A stretch of 64,000 nt of DNA from an uncultured delta proteobacterium (GTDB taxonomy: Bacteria; Desulfobacterota; Binatia; Binatales; Binataceae), in assembly GCA_963842085.1 (NCBI GenBank), contig CAWJET010000002.1, positions 512,001-576,000 on the forward strand. Direction: 5' to 3'. A program made the position numbers and the translations under genes. This document shows, piece after piece, positions 30,298 to 39,873 of this stretch; position 1 is the stretch's first letter; the number at the start of each line of letters is the position of its first letter. The notes below the pieces were generated by a model. That model was not told the DNA's origin. It made no database searches and worked only from the letters and a program-made list of their open reading frames with translations.

Positions 30298-31632
30298 TTA
30301 GTAATTCACGAGCCCGACGAAAACGTCGCTGACGTTGGTCCCCGTCGGCCCCGCGACGAACAGCCCGCCCGACGCCTTGAAGAAGTTGTACGAGTCGTTG
30401 CGGCTCAACGCGGTCGCGGCGCTCACTCCGGCGCCTTCGCCGTCCGCGACCGTGCCCGGCGACGCGAACGCGCCAGCCGCGTCGGTCGGTCCGTCAATTC
30501 CGTCGGTGCCGGCGAACAGCGCCGCGATTCGGCGCCCGCGGCCGATTTGCGACAGCTCGATTCCCATCGCCAGCGCGCATTGCTGGGCGCGTCCGCCCTT
30601 CCCGCCTCCGCGCACCGTCACCACCGGCTCGCCGCCTGCCAGGACGCACACCCGCTCGCGCTCGATCTCGCACATGTATTCCGCGAGCGCGCGCGCGAGG
30701 TCGTTGGCCTCGCCATGCAGCGGCTTCCATCGCTGCGGATGATACCCCAGCGCCGCCGCTGCGCGCTCGGCGCCTTCCAGGGCCAGGTTGTTGTCGCCGA
30801 TGATCACGTTGGTCACGCGCTCGAGAATCGGATCTCCCGTCTTTACCAGCGCACCGACTTCGCCTGCCACCGCCCGCTCCAGGTACGAGCGCACTGCCTC
30901 GGGCGCGCGCCCCCACACGCTGCGCCGTTTCAGCACCGCGACGACGTCGCCGAAACTGCTCCAGTCACCGGCGGTCAGGCCCGAGCCAATCGTCGCCAAA
31001 TCGTTGCCCGGCACGTCGGACAGGATCAGGCCGAGCACGCGCGCGCCGCCGCAATGGTGCAGCAGCCGTCCGCCTTTCACGGCCGAGAGATGCTTGCGCA
31101 CGATATTCAGCTCGCGGATCGACGCGCCGGCTTTGAGCAATGCCACGTTGACTGCGATCTTGTCCGCCAGCGTGAGTCCCTCGGCTGGCCGCGTGAACAT
31201 TGCCGACGCGCCTCCGCTCAGCGCAACGATCACCAGGTCATCGGCCGTGGTCCCGTGCAGCATCTCGCACGCCAGGTGCGCGGCTTCCTCCGACGACTCG
31301 TCGGGCACCGGATGGCTCGCCGCGACGACTCGGACCTTCGAGCCCGGCGAGACAGTGGTCGTCCCGGCTTCGTACTGAACTTTGGGAATTACGGCGATCG
31401 CATCGGCGAGCTTGTCGCCGATGCGACGTTCGATCTCGCGCGCCATCCCGAGCGCCGCCTTGCCCACCGCCAGCATCAGGACCCGCGACGCGCCCGCGAT
31501 CAAATCGGGTACCTGCTCCGCGCCCGGGCAGCCGCCGTCCATCGCCAGCCCGACCAGCCGCGCCGGCTCGACCGCCGCAACCGCAGCGCGATAAATCTTT
31601 TCGAGGTCGGCCCTCTCCGGTCTTTGCATCAT
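30298..31632 (-). CDS. Glycerate 2-kinase (MOFRL/TtuD family)
   Basis: VGKAA..MA, HPVPD, SGGASA, RKHLS.VKGG, SDVPG, GGE..V, GTDG.DG, TGTNV.D. Confidence 0.94.
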   Translation of the reverse strand: MMQRPERADLEKIYRAAVAAVEPARLVGLAMDGGCPGAEQVPDLIAGASRVLMLAVGKAALGMAREIERRIGDKLADAIAVIPKVQYEAGTTTVSPGSKVRVVAASHPVPDESSEEAAHLACEMLHGTTADDLVIVALSGGASAMFTRPAEGLTLADKIAVNVALLKAGASIRELNIVRKHLSAVKGGRLLHHCGGARVLGLILSDVPGNDLATIGSGLTAGDWSSFGDVVAVLKRRSVWGRAPEAVRSYLERAVAGEVGALVKTGDPILERVTNVIIGDNNLALEGAERAAAALGYHPQRWKPLHGEANDLARALAEYMCEIERERVCVLAGGEPVVTVRGGGKGGRAQQCALAMGIELSQIGRGRRIAALFAGTDGIDGPTDAAGAFASPGTVADGEGAGVSAATALSRNDSYNFFKASGGLFVAGPTGTNVSDVFVGLVNY

Positions 31633-31661
31633 TCTGAGAGTCTGCGAGGTTTTGGCGGGTT

Positions 31662-31945
31662 TGTCATCCTGACCGAAGCCCAGTAGCGCGGCTCATTTGT
31701 CATCCTGACCGAAGCGAGCAACGCGCAGCTCGTTTGTCATCCTGACCGAACCAAGCAACGCGAGCGGCAGGAAGGATCTCGGACAGCTTCGCGCCAGCGA
31801 AGCCGGTACCGATTTTGAAATCGCGAAGCGGTCCTTTGGTATTCCTATCGGATGCGACGACGCAAAACCGGAACGGGCGGCGCTTACGCGCCGCTGTCCG
31901 AGATCCTTCGCTCCGCTCGCCTTGCCCACTTCGCTCAGGATGACA
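31662..31945. mobile_element. Family A REP/MITE: full 211-bp element (31735-31945) preceded by two extra tandem termini
   Basis: Terminal inverted repeat TGTCATCCTGA...TCAGGATGACA; extra TGTCATCCTGACCGAA at 31662 and 31698. Confidence 0.85.
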
Positions 31946-31963
31946 AACCAACCAGACACACTG

Positions 31964-32638
31964 TCAACCCTTCAGGGCGCGAATTTTTCCCGACGCCTCC
32001 GCCACCAGCACTACATCCGCCATCGCGATGAACAACCCGGTGCCGACCACGCCCGGAATCGCGAGCAGCTCGCGCTCCAGCCGCGCCGGATTCGCAATCT
32101 TCTTCACCGCGCAATCGAGAATCAAGTTGCCGTTGTCGGTCACGAACTGTTCACCATAGTCTTCGCGAACGCGAGGCTTCATCCCCATCGCTCTGATCTT
32201 CGCACTTACAAGCGGCACCCCAAACGGCACCACCTCGACCGGGATGCTCCCGCGGTCTCCTAATTTCTTCACCAGCTTCTCGTAGCCGACCAGCACGACG
32301 AACCGCCGCGACGACGCCGCGACGATTTTCTCGCGCACCAGCGCCCCGCCGTATCCCTTGATCAGATTAAGCCGCGGATCGACCTCGTCAGCGCCGTCGA
32401 AGTCGGTGTCGATCTTCCCCGCTTCCGCCAGCGTGACGATCGGTATCCCCACCGAGCGCCCCAACTCCTCGCTGGCCTTCGAGGTAGGCACGCCGCGCAC
32501 GTCGATCCTGCTGGCTCCCAGAGCCCGAATGAACGCACTGGCCGCCCGCCCCGTCCCAAGCCCAACCGTATGCCCCGGCTTGACGTAGCGAAGCGCATAT
32601 TGCCCCAGAGCCTCCAGCGCCGCATCGTCAGCCGCCAT
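31964..32638 (-). CDS. rpiA: Ribose-5-phosphate isomerase A
   Basis: GLGTG, DGADEVD, IKGYGGAL.REKIV, PVEV.P, TDNGN.ILD, PGVV..GLF. Confidence 0.96.
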   Translation of the reverse strand: MAADDAALEALGQYALRYVKPGHTVGLGTGRAASAFIRALGASRIDVRGVPTSKASEELGRSVGIPIVTLAEAGKIDTDFDGADEVDPRLNLIKGYGGALVREKIVAASSRRFVVLVGYEKLVKKLGDRGSIPVEVVPFGVPLVSAKIRAMGMKPRVREDYGEQFVTDNGNLILDCAVKKIANPARLERELLAIPGVVGTGLFIAMADVVLVAEASGKIRALKG

Positions 32639-32757
32639 CAGAATTGTTCCTTGGAGCGTGCATCACCAACGCACGGACGCAGCCCGCTTCGACTTCGCTT
32701 AGGGCGCGCTGCGCCGAGTTGCTCGGATTCGCGTTTCGTTCTCCTGAACTAAAGTAC

Positions 32758-32773
32758 CGTTTCACGTGAAACA
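32758..32773. promoter_or_regulatory. parS: parS chromosome partition site
   Basis: Intergenic CGTTTCACGTGAAACA, 15/16 match to the canonical palindrome TGTTTCACGTGAAACA. Confidence 0.85.
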
Positions 32774-32838
32774 TTTTCGCCAGGAAAGCCCAGCAAATGA
32801 AACCTGTTTTCAAAGAAAAAAGCGAAACTCGCGGCGCA

Positions 32839-33498
32839 TTACGGCTTGCCATTGCGCAGCAATTGCATGAATTCCTGGCGCGTCTCCGTGTTGGTGCGGA
32901 ACACGCCCAGCATCGCCGACGTCGTGACGTAGGAATTCTGCTTCTCGACTCCGCGCATCCGCATGCACAGATGCTCGGCCTCGAGCACCACCGCGACTCC
33001 GAGCGGATCGATCTCCGACATCAACGTCTGCGCTATCTGCGTCGTCAGCCGCTCCTGTACTTGCAGGCGCCGCGCGTAGATCTCGACCATCCGCGCCAGC
33101 TTCGAGATTCCGACAATCTTGCGATTAGGCAGGTACGCAACGTGCGCCTTGCCCATGAACGGCAGCAGATGGTGCTCGCACAGCGAGTAGAAATCCAAAT
33201 CCTTGCACAGGATCATTTCCTGGTAGTCTTCTTCGGCAAACAGCGCGCCGTTGATCGCTTCCTTGGGATCCTTGGCGTAGCCGCTGGTCAGGAACTCGTA
33301 CGCGCCGGCGACTCGCGCCGGCGTGCGCTTCAGGCCGTCGCGCTCCGGGTCCTCGCCGATATGGCGCAGGATAACGCGGACCGCTTCTTCGACTTTGCCG
33401 CGGCCATTGGCTTTGTCGCGGGCGCTCGTTTCGACCCCCGCTTTTTGAGCGACCCGCTCTGCGCCGTTCTTGGAACCATTTGCCTGCGTTCGGTTCAT
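32839..33498 (-). CDS. folE: GTP cyclohydrolase I
   Basis: [39 protein letters not shown]. Confidence 0.97.
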   Translation of the reverse strand: MNRTQANGSKNGAERVAQKAGVETSARDKANGRGKVEEAVRVILRHIGEDPERDGLKRTPARVAGAYEFLTSGYAKDPKEAINGALFAEEDYQEMILCKDLDFYSLCEHHLLPFMGKAHVAYLPNRKIVGISKLARMVEIYARRLQVQERLTTQIAQTLMSEIDPLGVAVVLEAEHLCMRMRGVEKQNSYVTTSAMLGVFRTNTETRQEFMQLLRNGKP

Positions 33499-34397
33499 GT
33501 ACCGGTCTCCTTGCGCCAGCGGCTGAACTGAAGCGCCAGCTCGATTGCGAGCGACGGGCCGCCGCCGCTCATGATGATGAACCCCGCCGCGTCGCGAGCC
33601 AACGACTTCATCAGCGCCAGGTTCTCGCGGAGCGAGACCGCGCGCACCTCTTCTTCGCTCATCCCGCCGAATCTGTCCAGATGGCTCCGCGCGCCGCTGA
33701 GATCCTTCACCCGGTCGATCAGGTAGGTGGCCATCGCCGCGCGCTTGACCGGCAGGATTCCGAGCATCGTTCTGATTCCCAGGCTGTTGGCCTTCGCGAT
33801 AAAGCGCCGCCCGGTCTCGGCGTCGAACACCGGCTGCGTGATCACGAAGCGCGCGCCGGCGGCAGCCTTGCGCGCGAGCAGCTCGAACTCGCGCTCGATA
33901 TTCTTTCGATTTGGATTCGCGACCGCACCGGCGACGATTGACGGGAGTGTCTTGAGCAGCGCCTTGCCCTCGCCCGTGTCACCGCGATTCAAGGCGCCGA
34001 CTATCGCGAGCAATCCGTAGGCGTCGATATCGTGCGAGACAACGACGTTGCCGTCGGCGCCGGGGGGAAGCTTGTCGCCGTTGAGCGCGACTATCGCGTC
34101 GATTTCAATCGCCGCCGCGCCGAGCAGATCGGATTTCAGCGCGAAGCGGTTGCGGTCGCGGCACGACATATTCAGCACGACCGGGATTTTCAAGCGCTCC
34201 TTGATCGCCGCGCCGAAAACCAGCCCCGACATTTTCACCTTGCCCAGCGCGTTGTCGGTCAGGTTGATCGCGTCGACCTGCCCCTTAAGCGCGCCAAGGC
34301 GGCGAATCAGCGGCGCCGGATTGATTCCGCGCGGGGGCGAGACTTCGAGCCACAGCGCGGGCGCGGCGGCGTTGAGGCTGTCGAGGATTGAAGGCAA
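33495..34397 (-). CDS. metF: Methylenetetrahydrofolate reductase family protein
   Basis: EVSPP.G, N.TDN, CRDRN...L.SDL, GD, K..AGA.FVITQP.FD. Confidence 0.8.
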   Translation of the reverse strand: MPSILDSLNAAAPALWLEVSPPRGINPAPLIRRLGALKGQVDAINLTDNALGKVKMSGLVFGAAIKERLKIPVVLNMSCRDRNRFALKSDLLGAAAIEIDAIVALNGDKLPPGADGNVVVSHDIDAYGLLAIVGALNRGDTGEGKALLKTLPSIVAGAVANPNRKNIEREFELLARKAAAGARFVITQPVFDAETGRRFIAKANSLGIRTMLGILPVKRAAMATYLIDRVKDLSGARSHLDRFGGMSEEEVRAVSLRENLALMKSLARDAAGFIIMSGGGPSLAIELALQFSRWRKETGT

Positions 34398-34434
34398 CGG
34401 ATTGCTCCGCGGATGCGCGGGTCAGGCGGCGAAC

Positions 34435-35469
34435 TCACGCCTGGCGGCGCTCGGTCGCTTTGACCTTCTGGTATTTGCGGTAGTCGTATCCCGTCGCCAT
34501 CGCCATCAGCAGCGGCTCCATTCCGCCCTCGCGCTCGCGGCGCAGCACCCGCAGCCGGTCGAAGAACTCGCGGAAGTCCTTGTCCACGCGATTCTTCCCG
34601 TCCACCGGCGACAGAAAGAAATCGTGCAGGCGCGTCACCGTGAAGCGCAGCGACGAAAACCGCAGCTCGTTGGGAAACGCGTCCCACTCCGCCAGCGACA
34701 GCGTCCGCACCGACTCGTAGCCCGACAGCAGGTAGCGGAACCGGTCGAGCGAGTACGCGCCATCGACGAAGCAGAGCGCGTTGACCGCGGTCGCGATATC
34801 GAAAATGAACTTGCCGCGGCAGGCGGCGTCGAAATCCAGCATCGCCGTCAGCTTCTCGCCGCGGAACAGCAGGTTGTCCGCGAAGATGTCGCCGTGGATC
34901 ACGCCCTTGGGCAGCTTGCCCTCGAGGTAGCGCGTCAGGTACTCGACCTCGTCGTCGAGCGTGCGGCAAATCTTGCGGAAGTAGTTCGGCAGCCGGTTGC
35001 GCACGGTCAGGTACAGGTCGGCGATTCGCTCGAAGCTGAACCGGTTGTCAATTCCCTTCTTGTAGGCCTTGCCGATCACGTGCAGGTCGCCGAGGGCGCG
35101 GCCGATCGTTTCGAGCTGGCTCGGCTTCAGGCGCGCCGGCGCCAGCACCTTGCCCTCCTGGTACTTGAACAGCGACACGCACCGGTTGTTGAAGTTGCGG
35201 TAGAAGCGGCCCATCCGATCCTGCATCGGATGCGGGCACGGGAAGGCGTGCTTGCGCAGAAACGACAGCAAATCGATCTCGCGCTTCAGCTCGTTCTCGC
35301 TCTTGACCTCGTCCACCCTGAGCAGGAATTTGCCCTTGGCCGCCTCCAGCACGTAGTTGGTGTTGACCGATCCTTCCGGAATTCCGGTCGCGCTGCTGAC
35401 GCGGCCGAGACCGTAGTCGTCGGCGAGTTCCTTGAGAAACGGTTTGCTTAACTCGGTGTAAACGGCCAT
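34435..35469 (-). CDS. thrB: Homoserine kinase type II (APH-like)
   Basis: MAVYT start, GIPEG..NTNY, GVIHGDIF.DN, DFD.AC, LRF..TRL.D. Confidence 0.9.
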   Translation of the reverse strand: MAVYTELSKPFLKELADDYGLGRVSSATGIPEGSVNTNYVLEAAKGKFLLRVDEVKSENELKREIDLLSFLRKHAFPCPHPMQDRMGRFYRNFNNRCVSLFKYQEGKVLAPARLKPSQLETIGRALGDLHVIGKAYKKGIDNRFSFERIADLYLTVRNRLPNYFRKICRTLDDEVEYLTRYLEGKLPKGVIHGDIFADNLLFRGEKLTAMLDFDAACRGKFIFDIATAVNALCFVDGAYSLDRFRYLLSGYESVRTLSLAEWDAFPNELRFSSLRFTVTRLHDFFLSPVDGKNRVDKDFREFFDRLRVLRREREGGMEPLLMAMATGYDYRKYQKVKATERRQA

Positions 35470-35633
35470 GGGGACGTGCAATCGATCGAGAGGACTGTCA
35501 GCCCGCCAAGTCTAGGGCGTGACTGGCACCTCGTCAACTAGGGGTGACGAAACCCTTGTAAAATAGGGGTTTCGTGAATTCGCAAAATTCTCGCGCGGCG
35601 GCCGAATTTGCTTCAAGCATCGGCCACGACTAA

Positions 35634-36182
35634 ATGAATCCCATGCCGACATCTAAAAAAAATGCCGCCAAAACTCCGAAGAAGCCCGCAACCTCGCCCT
35701 CCAGCAGCGCCAGCGCCGCGCTCGAAGGAAAGAAGGCGCCCGCCTTCGAGCTGTTCGACCCCGGCGGAAAAACCGTCGCGCTCAAGGATCTGATCGGCGC
35801 GAACAATCTCGTGCTGTACTTCTATCCCAAGGACATGACCCCCGGATGCACGATCGAGGCGTGCAGCTTCCGCGACAACATCGCGCCAATCAAAAAGCTC
35901 GGCGCCAAAGTCGTCGGCATCAGCGCCGACTCGACCGATTCGCACGGCAAGTTCATCGCCAGGCACGAGCTCAACTTCCCGCTGCTCGCCGATCCCGGCA
36001 ACAAGGTCTGCAAGCTCTACGGCGTGTACAAGATGAAGTCGCTGTACGGGCGCCAGTTCATGGGCACCGAGCGCACCACGTTCATCATCGACAAGGCGGG
36101 CGTCGTGCGCCGCGTCTTCCCCAAGGTGAAGGTAAGCGGCCACACCCAAGAAGTGCTCGAGGCGCTGAAGGAGATCGCGTAG
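35634..36182 (+). CDS. bcp: Peroxiredoxin Q / BCP
   Basis: YFYPKDMTPGCTIEAC, GISAD, FPLLAD, ERTTFIID. Confidence 0.95.
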   Translation: MNPMPTSKKNAAKTPKKPATSPSSSASAALEGKKAPAFELFDPGGKTVALKDLIGANNLVLYFYPKDMTPGCTIEACSFRDNIAPIKKLGAKVVGISADSTDSHGKFIARHELNFPLLADPGNKVCKLYGVYKMKSLYGRQFMGTERTTFIIDKAGVVRRVFPKVKVSGHTQEVLEALKEIA

Positions 36183-36186
36183 CCGC

Positions 36187-37143
36187 TTACGATGCGGCGG
36201 CGCTGTTCGTACCGAGCAGGTTGTCGCGTAGAAATGCGCGCAGTTCGGGCTCGACGCGTTTGCCGAGATCGTGCGACGCCAGCGGGAAATAGCGGGTCTC
36301 GACTTTCGCGCCGCGCTCGCGCAATGCGTCCGCGAGTTTCACCGCCTGCTCGACCGGAATCCGATTGTCCTGCTGGCCGTGCATGATCAGCACGCTGCAT
36401 TCGAGCTTCGGCGGCAGATGCGCGATCACGCTGCGCTCCTTCAGGATGCGCTTGCTCGGCCATACTTCGCGCAGGATCGACAGCTTGGTGCGCAGCGGCG
36501 CTTCCGGCCACAGCGACAGCGGGTCGTAGCATCCCGATTCCAGGATCAGCGCGCGCGGGCGCGAGTCGTAGTCCATCAGCAGGCCCGCCGCGACTGCGCC
36601 GCGCCCAAGTCCCCACACCGCCAGCCGGGTCGCATCGACGTCCGCGCGCCCCGCCAGGATGTCCAGCGCACGGCGCGACGCCACCACCGACGGCTGCCCC
36701 ACGAAGCGGCTCGGCCCCGACGAATTGCCGTAGCCGGGAATACTCACGCACGCGACCTGGATGCCCATCGCGGCGATTCCCTGGCTCATCTGCACGCACC
36801 GGTCCACGTTGCCCTCGCCGCCGTTGAGCACCAGCAGCCCGGGCCGCCGTCCATTCTCAGCGCTGCGCGTCAGGTAGCCCTCGATATGGTAATTCTTCGG
36901 GCCGACCGCCACATCGAAGTTGAATTGATCGACGTTCTTGTAGTTCGACGCGATCGATTTACCGGGAATCCGGCAGGCGATAAGCGACGTCGCGAGCACA
37001 AGCGCGACAATCCAAACTCTGTCAAATGGTTTTGTCGGGAGCGGATGCATCTTTGAAATTGAGCGAGCGGATGGGCCGGCCAGGGCCTCTGACATCGCCC
37101 CGTAATCTACACGCGTTGTCGCCAATTGAAAACAGTTTGCCAA
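36187..37143 (-). CDS. S9-like alpha/beta hydrolase fold (lipo)protein lacking the nucleophilic Ser
   Basis: PGYG.S.G, VD..RLAVWGLGRGA (Gly where Ser is expected), HGQQDNRIP, ASH; LIAC lipobox; true start probably downstream of 37143. Confidence 0.75.
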   Translation of the reverse strand: MANCFQLATTRVDYGAMSEALAGPSARSISKMHPLPTKPFDRVWIVALVLATSLIACRIPGKSIASNYKNVDQFNFDVAVGPKNYHIEGYLTRSAENGRRPGLLVLNGGEGNVDRCVQMSQGIAAMGIQVACVSIPGYGNSSGPSRFVGQPSVVASRRALDILAGRADVDATRLAVWGLGRGAVAAGLLMDYDSRPRALILESGCYDPLSLWPEAPLRTKLSILREVWPSKRILKERSVIAHLPPKLECSVLIMHGQQDNRIPVEQAVKLADALRERGAKVETRYFPLASHDLGKRVEPELRAFLRDNLLGTNSAAAS

Positions 37144-37252
37144 TCCGAGGCGACCCCGTGGCGAACCTGCACGTTGAATCGCGCCCGGGTTTCGCCGATA
37201 CTTCTTGATTCACAAGCGCAATTTGTTTTCACGGGCGCAAATTGAATTTTCG

Positions 37253-37705
37253 ATGGCGGCGACGGCAATGCAGGCAGACAAGGCGGCTCAAGCTTCGGCG
37301 GCAATTGATTTCGACAAAAGCGGCGGCGTCGTCGCCGCGATCGCCGTCGACCACCTGAGTCATCGCGTGCTGATGGTCGCCTATATGAACCGCGAAGCCT
37401 TCGACGAGACGGTCGCCACCGGCCGCGCCTGCTACTTCTCGCGCTCGCGCAACCAGCTCTGGCGCAAGGGCGAGGAGTCGGGAAATTTTCAAATCGTGCA
37501 CGAGATTCGTCTCGATTGCGACGGCGACGCAATCGTGGTCGCCGTCGAGCAGCGCGGCGACGGGGCCGCATGCCACGAGGGCTACGAGTCGTGCTTCTTC
37601 CGCAAGCTCGATGCCGGCGCATGGAAAATCGTCGAGCAGCGCAAGGTCGATCCCGCCAAGTACGGCCCCAACTACGGGCATCAGCCGAAGAAGCCGGCCG
37701 GTTAA
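37253..37705 (+). CDS. hisI: Phosphoribosyl-AMP cyclohydrolase
   Basis: [32 protein letters not shown]. Confidence 0.96.
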   Translation: MAATAMQADKAAQASAAIDFDKSGGVVAAIAVDHLSHRVLMVAYMNREAFDETVATGRACYFSRSRNQLWRKGEESGNFQIVHEIRLDCDGDAIVVAVEQRGDGAACHEGYESCFFRKLDAGAWKIVEQRKVDPAKYGPNYGHQPKKPAG

Positions 37706-37711
37706 TCGCAC

Positions 37712-38611
37712 ATGGCTGATCGAGTTCTGAAATTCGGCATCCCCAAGGGCAGCCTCGAGGAGCAGACCCTCGAGCTGATGCGCAAGTCCGGCTGGCGCAT
37801 CACGGTCGGCTCGCGCTCTTACATCCCGACCACCGACGACGCGACGCTGAGCTGCCGCATCCTGCGCCCGCAGGAAATGCCGCGCTATATCGCCGACGGC
37901 TCGCTCGACGCGGGCATCACGGGCAGCGACTGGATCGTCGAGAACCACGTGACGCTGCAGCCGGTCGAGAGCTTCATCTACGCCAAGGCGACGCTGACGC
38001 CCTCGCGATGGGTGCTATGCGTGCGCAACGACTCGCCGGTCAAGCGGCTCGAGGATCTCGAGGGCAAGCGCATCGCGACCGAGCTGGTGCAGTTCGTCAC
38101 GCGAATTCTGGCCGAGCGCAAAGTCAAAGCGGAAGTCGAATTCTCATGGGGCGCGACCGAGGCCAAGGTCGCCGAAGGCATCATCGACGCCGCCATCGAC
38201 GTGACCGAGACCGGCTCGTCGCTGCGCGCCAACGGACTGCGCATCGTCGAGGAGTTGCTGGTCTCGAATCCGGTGCTGGTGGCCAATCCGGCAGCATGGG
38301 CCGACCCGTGGAAGCAGGCCAAGATTCGCCAGCTCGGGATCCTGATTCGGGGCGCGCTCGACGCCGAAAATCGCGTCGGTATCAAGATGAACGTGGCCAA
38401 GGACAACCTCGAAAAAGTAATCGCGCTGCTGCCGTCGATCACCGCGCCGACCATTTCGCACCTCTACCAGAGCCCCGCGCTGAAAGGCGTCGAATGGCTG
38501 GCGGTCGAGACCGTAATCGCCGAGCACACCGTGCGCGAACTGTTCCCCAAGCTGCTGGAAGCAGGCGCCGTAGGCATCGTCGAGTTCCCGCTGAACAAGA
38601 TCATCGGCTAG
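37712..38611 (+). CDS. hisG: ATP phosphoribosyltransferase, long form
   Basis: IPKGSL, RPQEMP, DAGITG.D, SWGATE, ETGSSL.ANGL, C-terminal regulatory domain. Confidence 0.96.
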   Translation: MADRVLKFGIPKGSLEEQTLELMRKSGWRITVGSRSYIPTTDDATLSCRILRPQEMPRYIADGSLDAGITGSDWIVENHVTLQPVESFIYAKATLTPSRWVLCVRNDSPVKRLEDLEGKRIATELVQFVTRILAERKVKAEVEFSWGATEAKVAEGIIDAAIDVTETGSSLRANGLRIVEELLVSNPVLVANPAAWADPWKQAKIRQLGILIRGALDAENRVGIKMNVAKDNLEKVIALLPSITAPTISHLYQSPALKGVEWLAVETVIAEHTVRELFPKLLEAGAVGIVEFPLNKIIG

Positions 38612-38640
38612 GCGAGTCGCCGAAAGCGCCCGCTTTATTT

Positions 38641-38850
38641 TGTCATCCTGAGGAGGGCGAGCAAGGCGAGCCGAGGAAGGACCTCGGACAGCTTCGCGCT
38701 GGCGAAGCCGGTACCGGTTTTGCGTTGCTGCATCCGATCAGAATACCGAAGGACAGCTTCGCGATTTCGAAACCGGAACCGGCGGCGCTTACGCCCCGCT
38801 GTCCGAGATCCTTCGCTCCGCTCGCGCTGCTCGCTTCGTTCAGGATGACA
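38641..38850. mobile_element. Family A REP/MITE, full 210-bp element with its core inverted relative to the 31735 copy
   Basis: TGTCATCCTGA...TCAGGATGACA termini; arms match 31735-31945 in the same orientation. Confidence 0.85.
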
Positions 38851-38952
38851 GATATGCGTTGCCCGCTTGGCTCAGGAGTACACAATTTCGGTCTCTGGTT
38901 CTCGCCTCAACATTGTGGCACAACACAGTTACCCCACACGGAGGTTGCGATC

Positions 38953-39648
38953 ATGGGTCTGCCCAACGGAGTGCATCACCTCGCTATCTGCACCAAGGAC
39001 ATCAAAAAGCAAATCGACTACTTCTCTCAAGTCGTGGGAATGGAACTGGTCGCGCTCTACTGGATGCATGGCGTGGACAACACCTTCCACGGCTTCATGA
39101 AGCTGAGCGACAGCTCCTCGATCGCATTCGTGCAGCATCCCGAGGTCGCGAAGATTCAGCCGATCAAAGGCGTTTCGCATGCGGGGCACACCACGCAGAA
39201 CGTCGCACCCGGCGCGATGCAACATCTGGCGCTCAACGTCGACACCTACGCGGACCTGATGGCGATTCGCGACCGCGTCCGCTCGCACGGGCACTGGGTG
39301 ATGGGCCCGCTCGATCACGGTTTTTGCAAGTCGATCTACCTGGCTGCGCCGGAGGGAATCATGCTCGAGTTCTCGACCTCCGAGGGCGGCTCGATCGACG
39401 CCGAGTCATGGATCGATCCCGAAGTGCAGGCGCTGGCCGGAATCAGCGCGCACGAAGTCGAGAAGTACAAGCATCCCGCACCATTCGAATCGAAGGGCGG
39501 CAAGGTCGCGCAGCCCAAGCCGGATCCGTCGAAGCCGCTGATGGATTTTCCGCCCGACGATCGCATCTGGGCGATGAGCGACGAGGAAGTGACGCGGCGG
39601 ATGAGCAATACGACGCCGCCGGTGCAGAAGAAACCGAAGGCCGCGTAG
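38953..39648 (+). CDS. VOC/glyoxalase family protein
   Basis: GVHHLA, QHLAL, DHGFCKSIY...PEG..LE; GGAGG RBS. Confidence 0.9.
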   Translation: MGLPNGVHHLAICTKDIKKQIDYFSQVVGMELVALYWMHGVDNTFHGFMKLSDSSSIAFVQHPEVAKIQPIKGVSHAGHTTQNVAPGAMQHLALNVDTYADLMAIRDRVRSHGHWVMGPLDHGFCKSIYLAAPEGIMLEFSTSEGGSIDAESWIDPEVQALAGISAHEVEKYKHPAPFESKGGKVAQPKPDPSKPLMDFPPDDRIWAMSDEEVTRRMSNTTPPVQKKPKAA

Positions 39649-39680
39649 TCGAGTTTTGCGGGCGCGCTTTGTCCTGCTCC

Positions 39681-39873
39681 TAACCTCTCCTTGGACAAGA
39701 GAGCTTTGCATAACCTCGGCGCAGGCGTTCGGAGCAGAGGCAGAACTTTGAGTCGCGCGCGAAAAATGCGCGCTGGATAAGGACCCTCACCTTCATCCTC
39801 TCCCTTGCAGGGAGAGGGGAAGAACCGCGAGCTGGGCTATGTAAAGCTCTCTTGGACTTGGACAAGGAGAGGG
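39681..39873. mobile_element. Family B MITE-like element with ~19-bp TIRs, nested in a CCTCTCC/GGAGAGG hairpin
   Basis: AAGAGAGCTTTGCATAACC (39697-39715) vs GGCTATGTAAAGCTCTCTT (39835-39853), 17/19 complementary; TTGGACAAG on both sides. Confidence 0.65.

Noticed and set aside
31662-31760. Three regularly spaced repeats resembling a CRISPR array (also at 45721-45814 and 57492-57580)
   Set aside because: Units are only 32-39 bp in total, the spacers are short and often similar to each other, the repeat is the terminus of a dispersed REP/MITE, and no cas genes are present.
31693-31959. Short ORFs over the repeats (also 38643..38885, 45557..45812, 57533..57944, 39680..39865)
   Set aside because: Their shared peptide motifs are translations of the repeat elements; there is no independent coding evidence.
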